Shown: piece by piece, positions 15,007-27,512 of the stretch
How the letters are laid out: the number at the start of each line of letters is the position of its first letter
Numbering within the stretch: the first letter of the stretch is position 1
From: Rhizodiscina lignyota
Lineage: Eukaryota
Direction of reading: 5' to 3'
NCBI GenBank assembly: GCA_010015805.1
Contig: ML978139.1
Location: 434,001 to 496,425, forward strand
Length of the DNA: 62,425 bases
Made by a program: the position numbers and the translations under genes
Notes under the pieces: generated by a model
The model's input: the letters and a program-made list of their open reading frames with translations, nothing else
The model's database searches: none
What the model was told of the DNA's origin: nothing

Positions 15007-16157
15007 CTACTCCTTGAAGCCAACAAGCTCATTGCTCAATTTCCACAGCCTCTCTTCCGACTCATCATCAAATGCCCAGTGAGCATATCCAATATCAAAT
15101 GGGCCCGCATCGTCGCGCTTCAGTCCGCAAGTCTGACAGTCTTCGAGCCATTGGCCTCCGACGCCTTCCAAATCCTTCGCAATCGCAGCCCAAACCGAAG
15201 TGTTGGCGCCTTGCTCCGGACTCTTCGCGTGTTTCATTGCGTCCGGTTGCTGCCATCCTTTCATGATTTCAGGGTCAACATTCTTGTATAGTCCAGTACT
15301 TGAAATTCCTCCTGGATTCAACGGGTTCGCATGCAACCCTTGGCTCCCGAAATGTCTCTCAATGTAGTTTGCCATGTATATTGTCGCCGTCTTCGACTTT
15401 CCATATGCCAACCAAGGATTGTACTTCCCGTTTTCGAGGTTGATGTTGTCGAACTGCACTGGGCCGTTCCGATGGCCTTCAGAGCTGACGACTACGACGC
15501 TAGACGCGAAGCCTGGCTTTGAGGACTTGAGCATCGCCGGACGCAGGAGCTGGAACAGGTAAAAGTGCGCCAGGTGGTTTACTCCGAACTGCATCTCGAA
15601 ACCATCTTTCGTTCGAGACTCTGGAGTCGCCATGACGCCTGCAATGGAGGGAGCATCAGTATTTCGACCCCGCTGCACTTCCGCATTTCAATGACGCTCA
15701 GCAGAACATTACATCGCTTACCTGCATTCGTTATCAACACATTCAGCTGTGGGCTCTTCGTCAAGAAGTCTTCCGCTGCCGCCCGGACAGACGCCAGCGA
15801 CTCGTTATCCATGACAATCGCCTCGATTCCATCTTTACGATCGCTGCTTCTCAACACCTGGTCCACCGCAGACTTTCCATTCTCCTCGCTTCGAGTCGTA
15901 ATGAATATCTTGGCTCCAGTTGCATGCAACGCTCTCGCCATCTCGATGCCAATTCCTGATGATCCGCCAGTGATCAGCATGGCCTTCTTCGACAGTATTC
16001 CTTCCATCCCAAGATCTCGCACGGCTTGGAGCGCCGTTGGGCGAGCATCACAAGGCCCATTGGGTGATTCATGCTCCTTGGCATATGGGGCAATATATGG
16101 AGGAGCATGGAGGATTGAGGAATGATAGTCAGAAGCTTTAGTGTTGTATTTGAACAT
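15007..16157 (-). CDS. Short-chain dehydrogenase/reductase (retinol dehydrogenase/WWOX-like)
   Basis: TGGSSGIG Rossmann motif, NAG split by intron 15721-15639, FGVNHLAHF and YGKSK catalytic motif. The start codon is uncertain. Confidence 0.85.
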
Positions 16158-16788
16158 TCTTGGTGTATCTCTAGCTTGCTTCGTGTTGTAAAATGCGGAG
16201 GCAACTCCTAAATCGATAGCATGGCGCGATGTGCGGGAGGGTGGACATGGCTTTTAAGATGGCCGACAGGTCTTTAACTTTCCCCATTGTCTTATTTTAA
16301 TAAAATTTACCCCTCATCCGCCGCTGCGAGTCCGTTAAACCTTTCCATTGCGTTTCGCTTAGAATAACTCGATCAAAGAGTCATGCTCAGATTGTTCCGA
16401 CTGTCGGCCAATCAGAGTGCTGGAAGTCCGAGCCAGACTCAGTGGTCGCCGAAAACGCTGCATGGTACCTCAAACAACTATGGAGGAACCTGCTAGTCGG
16501 GAGATATAATCTCCGAGTGATTCTACCTAAGTTTCAATATCTAGCATTTCGTGGAAAGAGAGACGGACGAATTTGGGGCATCTCGAAGCTCATTGTATCG
16601 ACCTTTAGCCAATGACGGAGTTTACTGTCCAAAAAGGGAAGAGAGTTAGATGTCTCACTAGGAGACTCTTCTGCAAGCCTTCTACATTAACGATCTTCTC
16701 ACAAACATCTTGTGTGGAAGTGACAAGCTCATATAACAATCTGATCATCGTAGACAGGATATTCAATGAGACTATGCGGAGAACTATT

Positions 16789-17637
16789 TCACAGTCTTGC
16801 TGCCTTCCAGACGGGCTTGCGCTTCTCCTTAAATGCTCTCAATCCCTCCTGCATATTCTCTCCCTTCTGCAATTCCGCCCATTCCCTCCCGTTGCTAATC
16901 TTGGTGGCCTCCACTACGTCCGCCGTCGTCCAGCCTTCCCTCAGCATCGCTCTCGTGCAAATGATCGAGTCAGGACTAATCTCCGCAACCTCACTCGCCC
17001 ACTTCACCGCCTCGTCAACCAAATGATCCTGCGGGACGACCTTGTTCACCATTCCCCATTTTTCAGCAGTTGCGGCATCAATGATCTTCCCTGTCAGTGC
17101 AAACTCGCTCGCCCTCTGCAAGCCCACCGTTCGAATGAGTCTTGGCAAGACGCCAGAGTAAGGCGCGAGACCTCTTTTCACCTCGAGCAAACCAAACGTC
17201 GCCGTCTCGCTCGCAATCACAATGTCGCAGTTGACCACATTCTCACAGCCACCACCGTAAGCCATACCATTGACAGCTGCTATGAATGGCTTCTTGCCCC
17301 GACGATTCGACAGTCCTTCCGCGCCAGGGACATTGCCGGGGCCAGCACCGCCGGTGTCCTTCCCCTCTGCCGCGGCTTGAGCGACTTTTGCGTTCCATTC
17401 TTTCAAATCCGCACCGGTTGAGAACGCTTTCTTGCCTGCTCCTGTGAGAATGCCGACAGAGAGAGACGGCTCCGCATCGACCCAGCGATAGACAGCCGTC
17501 ATTTCGAGGACGGCCGCTGCGTTTGTGCAGTTCAAGTCCTTCTCACGCGACATGGTGATGAGAACGACGCGCGGAGCTGGGTAGGTGATCCTGAGGAATG
17601 ATGTCGGTGGAGGGGGGATTTGTAATTCCGCTGGCAT
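16789..17637 (-). CDS. Enoyl-CoA hydratase/isomerase (crotonase family), probably peroxisomal
   Basis: Motifs FSTGADLKE, KPFIAAVNGMAYGGGCE and FGLLEVKRG. The C-terminal ARL is a PTS1-type signal. Confidence 0.9.
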   Translation of the reverse strand: MPAELQIPPPPTSFLRITYPAPRVVLITMSREKDLNCTNAAAVLEMTAVYRWVDAEPSLSVGILTGAGKKAFSTGADLKEWNAKVAQAAAEGKDTGGAGPGNVPGAEGLSNRRGKKPFIAAVNGMAYGGGCENVVNCDIVIASETATFGLLEVKRGLAPYSGVLPRLIRTVGLQRASEFALTGKIIDAATAEKWGMVNKVVPQDHLVDEAVKWASEVAEISPDSIICTRAMLREGWTTADVVEATKISNGREWAELQKGENMQEGLRAFKEKRKPVWKAARL

Positions 17638-18567
17638 TTTCGTATGAAATTATCAGAAAAATCTATGTATAAGAAGAGCGGATTGAATTGTTAGATGTAG
17701 TTTGAAATTACGAGCTGTTTTGAATGCGTGTGTAGTGTCGAATGTGTGGGTCGATGTGAGCTTGTAGAACTCCCTGCGAAATGACACTCAGGGTGTATTT
17801 TACGCTTGCTGCTTAATACGAATAAGTGAATAGAAAGTAAGGAATTTGACCCTTTCTATTCGTTAATGTAGGAATGCCTTTTGAAACCCCCGTCTGGAGA
17901 TTTTCATTCTCTTCCGAGGCATCGGCTGCTGCGGGGAAAACGAGTTGAGGTCGGCGATATCAAGTGTGATTCTTTTCCTGGTACTTGAACAGCGACCTCA
18001 CCACTTTGCGAAAAGTTGGACAAAGCATTTACTAACTACCCAGATTATACCGATTTAGAGAATGGATGCCTTTCGTTCAGGGAAGATGCAGTCAAGCCGT
18101 GGCTGCATGCGCATCATGCCACTAAAAGCTTTAGAAGGGGCTCTCACAGCGTTTTATTCGCTCAGGCAATACTAGAGAAAGTGAGGGTGCTTTCCCGTTC
18201 GAGGAAATACATTATTCATCATCTCTTCGTTCCACAGCCGTTATGCTGCACTTGAAGCAGGAGCACTACGACATCCAGATATCGCTCTGAGATACATCTT
18301 ACGGACAACACTTCTCTCCTCATCATTTATGCTACAATGCTATATTTTTGCTTCGGAAGAAGCGTGATGTTTATAACATGCCGTGTTACTTGAAGAGACG
18401 AGACAGAAGTTTACATGGGTGATGGGATTGATTTGTTTTTAAGTCTGCTCCTAAGTTCCCTTATTGCATGGTCGTCAACATGATACCAAAACCTCTTTGA
18501 TTCCAAGCCTTCAATAATGAGCGTAGTTCTTTCTCATCTTCCTTTTTGATTCCTTCAAATCCATATT

Positions 18568-18789
18568 TCACGCCTCCTCAGTGTCAAACCCAAAGCTCCT
18601 CTTAAGACGAGCAAGGCGGCAACTTGGTGGGCATGGAAGACCGCAAGTCGGCGGAGGACAGTTGTTGCCGGTGGACCCGCTCTGGCAGGTCGGATCACAG
18701 CCTTGTGGATTGGCGATGGCCATTGCCGCCGGGTTGGGCGAGGCGAGCGCGGTGGTTGCAGTGAGGAGGACGAGAATGGAGATCTTCAT
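18568..18789 (-). CDS. Small secreted cysteine-rich peptide precursor (effector/defence peptide candidate)
   Basis: 73-aa ORF with signal peptide MKISILVLLTATTALA, a 6-Cys core and a dibasic KR before an acidic tail. Confidence 0.75.
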   Translation of the reverse strand: MKISILVLLTATTALASPNPAAMAIANPQGCDPTCQSGSTGNNCPPPTCGLPCPPSCRLARLKRSFGFDTEEA

Positions 18790-20312
18790 CTTGTCTGGTA
18801 TTTTTGAGGAATCTGCTTGAGATTAGCTCAGTCCAACAGTAGCACAGCACGGTCGAATAGCAGCTTACATACCTCAGTAGAAATTTATGTTTTAGCTGGC
18901 TGATGATGATTCCAACGCTGCCGTCTGGAAAGGATGTTCAACTCCCTTCTAGAGTTTATATTGACATCAATTTCACGGCTAAAGCAGTGGTGAGCAACTG
19001 GCGCAGCTTCGGAGGATGTGCTGAATTTTTCCTTTTTGCCTGTTGCTCCTCATCCACATGGGCTTCAGGGAAGCGCATTGTAGCGGTGATACCAGCGGTG
19101 TATGCGAGGGGCCAACTCACTGGGCGGCCTCTCGGAATTGCTGATTGTTGAAGCTGTGCGGGCGTGTTCTGGAGAAGTGGAGCCCCGTTCGCTTGCATTT
19201 TGGAGGATGCGCATAATCGCATTTCCCGATTGAAGTCACAGTAAGCAAACATGTAGCGTTTCAGGGTGAAATTAATATATGAAATGGCTAAAATTCAATG
19301 CTTCAAGCTTCCCTATCCTATGGAAAGTGCATAGCCTAGAACATAGGTTCTATGTTTTAGTCTACGGGTAAATGCGGATTTACACAGAAGTAGTGTGGAA
19401 CCATCGGTTAAATGTAGATTTCGTATTTATTTCAGGGACAAAGTAGAATGACTTGAATGAAGAATTGGATGTGCGGGGAAGTATAAGCTTGGTTTAATTC
19501 AGAAGGGAGAGATATAAAATTGAGGTCGTATAACCCCTGTCCGGATCTCACTTACAAGGATAGTAAGGTACGGTCCGAGTGGTACCTCTGCATGTATTTA
19601 TGCTAATATCAATACTATGTATAGCGTTATCTGGGGTATCATCAAGGTCTTGCTCGAACAAGACATAATCATCTGGGTCATCTATGACTTTGTGGATGAG
19701 ATCGACAGTCGTTAACTCCGAAGACTACTTTTGAAGAGGTAGGATCAGGCGCACACCTCTAGGGGTCAAATGCATCCAGCTGCAGTCTGGTTTCCTCTAG
19801 GTCGGTAGTAAAGAAGCAATGATGAATGTCTCCACAAGCCGAGCTGTGTCGGAGTTCGTAATCAGTACAGGTTTTTGACAAGCAAACGAAGATCTTGCTG
19901 TATCGAGTCAATGGCGAGACTACATTCCGACTCTGGAATGATTGGTCTTGTGTGTGATAGCGAAGGATCCAGCGTCTCGGTCTTCAAAGGTACCAGAGGT
20001 AGCTGGCAGACAGCTCACATAAGATAGTGCCAAAATATTGGGCGCATCGTAACCGAGATGATTTGATTAATTTGTGGATATGATCAATTTCCAACAGCCA
20101 AGATAGCGAGAAGGGAAAGGAACGGATTAATGCGTTCGTGGAGTGGGATAGTTTTGTTGCAGTTGGCCAAGTGCCGTGTGGTGCCAGGCGGCGGAGCTTG
20201 CTTAGTCATCTGACACATTTGCAGGGGAGTTTCGCTTCGTAGTCGTAGTCGTAGGAAATTTTTCCACAGCAGCTCCGCACGTTCACATTCATCATCCATT
20301 GCAAGCGTGACG

Positions 20313-21290
20313 ATGAGACTATACCTCATCCGCCACGGCGAAACAGTTGATAATGTAGCTGGCATATAGTAAGATGTCTTTGTCAACTCCACACATGCAC
20401 GCCCTGACGAGAACAGCGCAGGAAGTCGAGATTCTGCGCTGACGAACCACGGCTTCCAACAAGCAACGCGACTCGGTCAACACTTTCAAACCAACGGCAT
20501 CAGATTCACACACATTTTCTCTTCCCCGCTTCAGAGAACTCTTAAGACCGCCGAGCTAGTCCGACATGGCCAGCTTCTTTTACCCGATGTCGATCATACT
20601 TCGATCCCACGGGTGAAGCCCGTCCCGGAGCTCATCGAGCAGGACTTTGGATACTATGAAGGGAAGAACTGGACTCACATGCCGAGCAAAGGTGGGAAGC
20701 ATGATCGGTATGAGCAGCACCGGGCGCAACCTGGCTTCAAGGAGCCTGAGTCTGTTGACTCTATGGCGGCGCGCATGGATTCGTTCTTGAGCGACCACTT
20801 GTTTCCTCTGCTCCGCGAAGATACTACTGCGGAGGATGCTTGTGTGGCAATCGTATCGCATGGCCTCGCTATGCCTGTGATGTGGCAGCAGATGATACTT
20901 CACCTGCCATTCAAGAGTCTTACTGCTGCTGACCACCTCATTGAGGCCAGAGGCACTATCGTCGTGGACCGTCTTGGAGGCTGGTCGAACACGGGATATC
21001 TGGAGCTAGACTTGCAACGCACAATGACGGATAAATTCTACCCCGGCGCTGAAGCTTATGCCGAGTTCATCGTCGATGGAGGCGATAAAGACGGTACTTG
21101 TTCGACATCCGATGATGTGGTGGCCAAGCCGAAGCGGTCTATCCATCAGTTCACTGTGACGATCACGGCCATCAACAGTGTCGAGCACCTGAAGGGCCTC
21201 AAACGTACTGGTGGAGGCGTCGGCAGCTCGAAGCATGACGAGGCACAGAAGACTATTGATACGTTTTTCAAGCGGAGAAGAGTATCATGA
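20313..21290 (+). CDS. Histidine phosphatase / phosphoglycerate mutase family protein
   Basis: MRLYLIRHGETVDN start and one short intron near 20369-20416, then SSPLQR, LIEQDFG and IVSHG motifs. Confidence 0.87.
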
Positions 21291-23342
21291 TATCTTTACC
21301 TTTCTTCTTCTACGAGCTTCCATGTTGCACTATGTGTAGCACTGGCGCACATCTTTGGGTTGAAGTTCATGAAAGTGAGTACCTTCCAATTACACTCCTG
21401 TCCTCTAATGATGATTCTACAATTACACAGACCTGTTCTGAAATAACCATGTGGTCAGCAAGTTGTCCAACTGCTGTCTGATTCTTTAAGCTAGCTGCTG
21501 TTATGTTTCGTGCTTTTTACATTGAACGGAAGCTGACTTGAAGTCGCATAGCTGTCTCGTAAACAGGTTTTGCTCAACACAAGCGAGAGCATTTCCGGAA
21601 GCCAGACGTGCTATGATTTTGGCATTATGTTATATGCTACGGCCGAGTAACTTTAATGGCATACATGCGACCAGAGAGCGACCGAAACGCGCACGACTAA
21701 GCTTCCTTAGCAGGAGCCGTAGCCTTCTCCTCCCTCATCCCCATCCTCTTCTCCCCTCTGAACATAGAAGGAGACTCCTCATCACCTTGTCTTGTAGGGT
21801 CTTGTGCTGCGCGACGCTTACACGTCCAGCATACCTCACATCATTTGGCATGTTGCACTCTTATCCGTCAGGGGGAAGACACCAATCTCCACCGCAGGAA
21901 TGTGTGAGAACGCAGAGGTCCGCGATGGGCCTCTGGGTGACGGTACATATGAGCCCTGTTTGGGCATAAAGTCAGTGCGGTGGTGGTAATTGGAGCTCTG
22001 GTGATCTCTGCAGCGGTTAGCGGCCACGCTTCATGGGTTCTCTTGGCGCGTCGGGCTTCAGCATGTTTGACAAACCACCTTAAAGGAGGAATGGATTCTA
22101 ACGCTTTGGATCGATGCTGGATATTGAACTGTTTGCGTCGGATCGACTGCCTGGGCAGCGACATAGTCAATGTGGAAAATAAATAAGTGGTGCTTTTCAG
22201 AACTAGCGACAGCATCTCTGGAAGCTCGATACAATATACCTTTGATAGTGAGTGATAGGACTTCACCACTTCAGCGCCCACATTTTGCGTTAGCTGTAGA
22301 GGGCATACACCCCGCATGTTATCGCCGTTGGTAGAGGCTTTACTCCGTGCGGTGAATGTACCGCTGTCCTTTGCTGCGCTCCGTTGACTGCTTCTTGCTT
22401 GGCCTCGAGGGTGACAAGGTGATGGAGCCCCGATAGAGCCGAACAATTGTAAAGTAACTAAGAGTTATTCCTCAACACTGGCGGAAGCGTTCCTGAAAGT
22501 TGGATACAGCATGCTTCGGACAATGACACGTGAATTGCTGGAGAATCCGTTCAGCCACTCGTCATCTCGGGATATGGCATGCACATATTTCAAAAGAGAA
22601 GACTACATCTCCTTATGTCTTCACCTTACACTGAAGAAGTTCCGTGACTTGTGGAACAGATCCAGAAATCCTTTGTAAGTGACAAGAATCCGCCGCTCTA
22701 TCACTTATGTTCGATATGGACGGTCAGGTGTAGACATGCAAGGCGAAAGATGGCGCCGGTGCAGAGGTACCCCTAGCGTGGGTTGTTGAGTACCCGATGT
22801 TGAACCGGGACACGGTGCTTAAGCGCCTGTCATCTGCTTACTTGGCCTCGAGGTAACTGGACACGATAAGCTCGAGAGATATACGAGTTTTGCTCTTCAA
22901 TTCATGCACGAGCATCTCTGAAGGCTTGGTGGAATGTATTTTAGCTAGTATTACGTAAGACTTCGCGGTTTGAATGGGCAAACTTGTCATGACCGAAGAG
23001 GCTAGATGTTTGACAGTCACGTGCCTCAGGAGAGACGTCCTCTCTTGCAGTGGATGTCTCTTTACCAACTACCGCGCTTGGCCGGTCAGTGCTACTCTGA
23101 CCTCGAGGATTATGAAATCTTTAAGCACTGAGAAAGTCAAGCAGCTGCGATATTGACGAGTTTTGCCACTCCATGAATTCGAGTGCACCACTGAAAGCAT
23201 GATGTAATATGCACGAGGCATTAAGATATGGGAGGTTGCAGGTTCAAAGTGCTCAAGTTCTATTACTTGAAGAGTTTGTGCTACCCAAAGTTATTCGTAC
23301 AGTCATCTTCTCATAAACGTCATTCCTCGTCTCGTCTCCTAT

Positions 23343-24353
23343 CTACACCGCCCTTCTGCACGCAATGGTGCGGCCGACCTTGCAGGTGTACGACCACACC
23401 ATGCGCCAGAATGGACAGTCTTGCTCGCGCTCCTCCACCTCCCCCTGCATTCCTGCTCCCTCCTGCAACTCGTGCTCCTCTCCATCATCCAGGATTTGGT
23501 CCTGCGCCAGCGAGACGCCGCGAGGAGGAGTTGGTGGTACCGGCCGGGGATTCTCGAATGCAGAGTAGCGGCGACTGGAGCGGCGAGGCGGGTAACGTCG
23601 GCCGAAATCCCCGCTGGGGGAGAGGTACTCTGGTTGCTGCTCTGCCTCGACAGTATCCGCAGTGAGGTCGTTTGAGGAAGGCGCTTGTACTGCGTATCTA
23701 AGGGTAAGCGTGGGTTCTCGTGCAGCTGGAGGTGACGGAGCTGGACCTTGAATTACCGGGCCTCCTTCCACCTCTGTTCCAATACGCGGCAATGGCGCAA
23801 AGACGTCTTGTGAGCGGAGGTAAGCGATGGTCTCTGGAGTGAAGTTGAAGGGAGGGAGAGGATAGTGCGCATTACTTCCAGAGTTGCGCGGGCCGGGTGC
23901 TGTGCTTGTGCTGCTTGCTGTCCGGGCGCTGTGCGTGTTCGCAACCACGCGCTCTGCATATGCGGCAGGCAACTCACTTGATGCTCGCGAGGGAGCATGT
24001 CTCGCTGGCTGATGTGTTGGTGTTGGAAGTGGCCGAGCATCGCGTGGCGCGAAGGGACTGTGAGCAAGCTGGCTGCCGACGCTCAAATACGCGCGCTCTT
24101 GCTGTGAGCTACCGACCGTCGAACTCGAAGCTTGGTCGTGTTGGCTGCTGCTGCTGGCGCGCGCCACGTGAGTGCTGTTGCTGTTCTCATAATCGGACTC
24201 GCTGTCGGATTCCTCGACCACACGAATGGTGCTGGCCGGACGTGCCGCTCGTCCTGCTTGCATTTGCGCATTCCTCAGCGCGTTTCTCTCCGATAGCTGG
24301 CGCTTGAGCTTCTGCGCGCCCGAGTTGATGTTGGTGTTGTTGCGTCTGTCCAT
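23343..24353 (-). CDS. Hypothetical low-complexity protein (Ser/Pro/Arg-rich)
   Basis: Long ORF from ATG 24353 (MDRRNNTN...). No recognisable domain, and the 3' end may be spliced. Confidence 0.45.
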   Translation of the reverse strand: MDRRNNTNINSGAQKLKRQLSERNALRNAQMQAGRAARPASTIRVVEESDSESDYENSNSTHVARASSSSQHDQASSSTVGSSQQERAYLSVGSQLAHSPFAPRDARPLPTPTHQPARHAPSRASSELPAAYAERVVANTHSARTASSTSTAPGPRNSGSNAHYPLPPFNFTPETIAYLRSQDVFAPLPRIGTEVEGGPVIQGPAPSPPAAREPTLTLRYAVQAPSSNDLTADTVEAEQQPEYLSPSGDFGRRYPPRRSSRRYSAFENPRPVPPTPPRGVSLAQDQILDDGEEHELQEGAGMQGEVEEREQDCPFWRMVWSYTCKVGRTIACRRAV

Positions 24354-25061
24354 GGTGAAGATCAGTAGGGTGAGGAGGACACGCTCTTCGTAACACGCTG
24401 TGGACGTGAAGATAAGACCGGAGTTCAAAATGAAGCTTCCGTAACGAGAGCACAGTACGCTATTGCTGACACGCAGATGGTGCGGGCAAACGTCGTGCAG
24501 AAGTATGTGCGGGAGGATGTTGTCGTGGAGGTGGTGGAATTTTGAAGCAGGAAGAAAACATAACATCACGGGTGTTGATCCTGTGGTGATGCCCATCAAT
24601 GGGAAATGAAAGGATTGCTCCCCTTCTCTGAACGTCTCTCGCGGAACTTGCGTTTGAACAACCAATGCGTCACAACAGAATTACACAGGAAAAGTATTCC
24701 CATTCACACGGAGAATTGAGAGTATTCACTCATTGATAAGAAGAAATGATATCAGAGGAAATGAACAATAACCACATCGTCACGGCTCTTGCTCTTACTC
24801 TTGCACATCGTACAGATTCTTGCTCCCAACTCACCATTGACAAGAGAAACATGTCAATATTGCAAGCGGCTTTACTGGAGCAAAGGGCAACCTCCAAGCA
24901 CAGAAGAACTGCAATAGAAGCTTGTTTAATATCATATCCAAACACGTACTTTAATGACTTTAGTAACTATGGAACGCCAAACCCGGACACATCTCGATCA
25001 TGGAAAATGCTCGCCATCAGACATGACTTCTTTATAGAGAGTACAATTCAATCCGCCATCG

Positions 25062-25087
25062 GGATTTCGATTTCGATTTCGATTTCG
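25062..25087. repeat. (GATTTC)4 microsatellite
   Basis: GATTTCGATTTCGATTTCGATTTCG read directly. Confidence 0.7.
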
Positions 25088-25242
25088 AGAGACATCATGC
25101 ACTAAAAACAGTTACTCCACATTCCGGAAGAACTTCTTCTCCACTCCGCCCCAGGGTGTAGTAGCAAAGGTATCATGAAGGGGAAGAGACGGAATGAGAC
25201 AGAATAGGGAGTAGGGGGATGTGCATGTTCACTGGCTGAGGC

Positions 25243-25788
25243 CTACCTAACCCGTCAGCACGGAATAGGAAAATGGGAAACTCACAACAGACTTAACGTC
25301 AGGTCGCCTCTGATACTGGCCTTCAGCTCAATCTCGACATCCAAATTTGCCTCCAGCTTCAGCTTCAGGCCCTCGTCGTCATCTACACTGCCTTTCTTGT
25401 CATCCTGCGGCATGCGGTACGGCTGGTTCGGGTTGGTCCCTCTCATCGGGATCTCGCCTCTCATCGCCCTCGCCTTTGTCACCGGTCCGTCCATACTCGT
25501 GCTGTCTGGTCCAATGCGCTCAAACACGCCCATGTTCTGCAGCTCTCCATTTGCATCTGCTTCCTCGAGTGCCTCCAAGGATGCCGTCTTCATGTACTTG
25601 CCGCTGTCGATGGCCTCTTTGATGCGTTGGCGGCGGGCGCGGCGGGAGGCCGAGCGAGAGCGATTCGACTGTTGTCCGGTCTCACGTCTATGCTGCTGGA
25701 CGGCATTTTCGTATTTTTCTTGCTGTTGCACGGTGCGGAACTGAGGGGTATCAGACTCGGAATCCGCGCCCTTATCGTCGCTGGCCAT
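25243..25788 (-). CDS. Hydrophilic fungal protein with C-terminal LxLxLxxNLDxExxLKAxIxGDLTLxLL motif (paralog 1)
   Basis: MASDDKG start. Intron 25285-25247 falls inside the last Leu codon and is followed by TAG. Confidence 0.7.
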
Positions 25789-26657
25789 GATAGAAGATTG
25801 CGGAGAGGGGACGAGCAGGCTCAGAGAGGGTTCAATGAAGGTCAATTAGAGGATTGCTCGACGAGATGTCCAGGCTAGGCGTATGATGAAGTGTTCGAAG
25901 AGATGATGTGCGGATGGGACGTCAGTTACGGAGTAGCAGCGGGAGAGGAGAACATAACGTGGGCCACTCGAACAGGTTTAGCACCGAGCCTGCCACTGTG
26001 CGCCGGGCGCCGGCAATGATCGCATCGCAGGGCCCAAAAATCAGGATTCAGAGCATCAAAGGGTCAGCTGGAAGAGGGCAACGAACGGCAGGTTGCAGGC
26101 GAAGGCGTCCCCTTTCGTCCCCATCTGGCCCCGCAATGACGAACGCACGTCCGATCACTATGCAGCGGACGAGACTCCGTTTCCAGGGCAGAATCCATGC
26201 CGTGGCGTTATGACGTCGGCGAAGATTGGTGAGATGCACAGGCAGAGCTTGAGCCAGCCCAGAGCTTGAGCCAGCCCCGCCACCCCGCGACGACGTGAAC
26301 TGTTAACGCGAGGGCCACGAGGCGTCAAAACTTTGGTAACGACTTCAGCCGACTTGGGAGCGGTGTGCAAGCCAGTCTAGTTTGATCACGGGCTAGAGTA
26401 GCTTCACGATAAGGGGGCTTGGGAGGCAATTTGGAAGCACGGTGAGATTTAGTGAGGTTCAGTCGTTCGACAGCTTCAGACTATTTTGTGGTTTCGACAC
26501 GTTTTTATTCGCACGGGAACTAGAAGTACAATGTGCTATCCAATTTGCGCCGACTGCGAAACTACATAGATCCATTTGGAAATAAGACGGAATTGTACTT
26601 GATATGACTTCTCGATATCCTCCACTGCTTGCTTGATGATAGGAATTCAGTGCTCTC

Positions 26658-27512
26658 TTAGTTACTACAATGCCCAGTCAGCTGGAATCTTTCGTAGAAT
26701 AAGGTTACTGACTTACAGTAATCCAAGAGTAAGATCACCGTGAATCTTTGCCTTCAGCTGCACCTCGATGTCCAAGTTCAGTTCCAGGCGCAGACGGAGC
26801 TGCTCGCCCTTGTCGTCTTCCTTTTCTCCGCCACCAGTAACACCGCTCAGAGTCCTGCCCACGGTGTCGGTGGCATTGTTCAGAGTGTTTCCGGCCGTGT
26901 TTTGAACCTACTCAATTCGTCAGATGAAGGGTATAAGACGGTTGTCAAACTACTCACAGCACCAGTAGCGCCCTGCACAAGCTCGCCGCCAGGCAGACCC
27001 TCAGAGATGCCATCTAGAGGGCCTCCCCCCTGCTGCGTGCGCCGCTGGCGCTGACGGTTGCGACGTCCGCCACCAGTGGCAGACACGTCGCTGCGTGTGA
27101 CGGATTCCGTGTCGCTCTCTGCCTGGTTTCTACGACCACGGCCACGAGATTGACGGCGCCTCGACTGGGTGCGTTGCTCCTCCACCTGAGGCTGCATCTG
27201 CTCTGTGCCTTGCGCTTGGTCTGCCATTTCTTCGTCGGCGTCTGCTTCACCTTCTGCTTCCTTGTCGGCTTCAGCACCGGCGTCGGCCTGTTCTTCTTGA
27301 TCTTCTTGATCTTCTTGCCCTTCTTCCTCGGGCGTGTCTGGCTCGGGGGTGGGCTGCTGCTGTGGTTCCTGCGCCTTGTTGAGCTTCTTGGGTGTTCTTT
27401 TCACGTTGCGTCGTTGCTGTGCCTGGCCTGAGACGTCACCGCTTGCACCAACGTTTGCTTGAGTATTTCCTTGGGCAGAGGCGGAAGCTTGTTGTTCTTC
27501 GGTGGTGTCCAT
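26658..27512 (-). CDS. Hydrophilic fungal protein with the same C-terminal motif (paralog 2)
   Basis: Glu/Gln-rich N-terminus. Introns 26957-26908 and ~26715-26665. The protein ends LRLRLELNLDIEVQLKAKIHGDLTLGLLN. Confidence 0.72.

Noticed and set aside
16612..17421. 269-aa plus-strand ORF
   Set aside because: Antisense shadow of the enoyl-CoA hydratase gene.
21538..23156. Several overlapping 60-190 aa ORFs
   Set aside because: No family motifs or coherent gene structure. Probably intergenic, or a relic too decayed to call.
26246..26278. 17-nt direct duplication GAGCTTGAGCCAGCCCA
   Set aside because: Single local slippage duplication with no further structure or supporting context.
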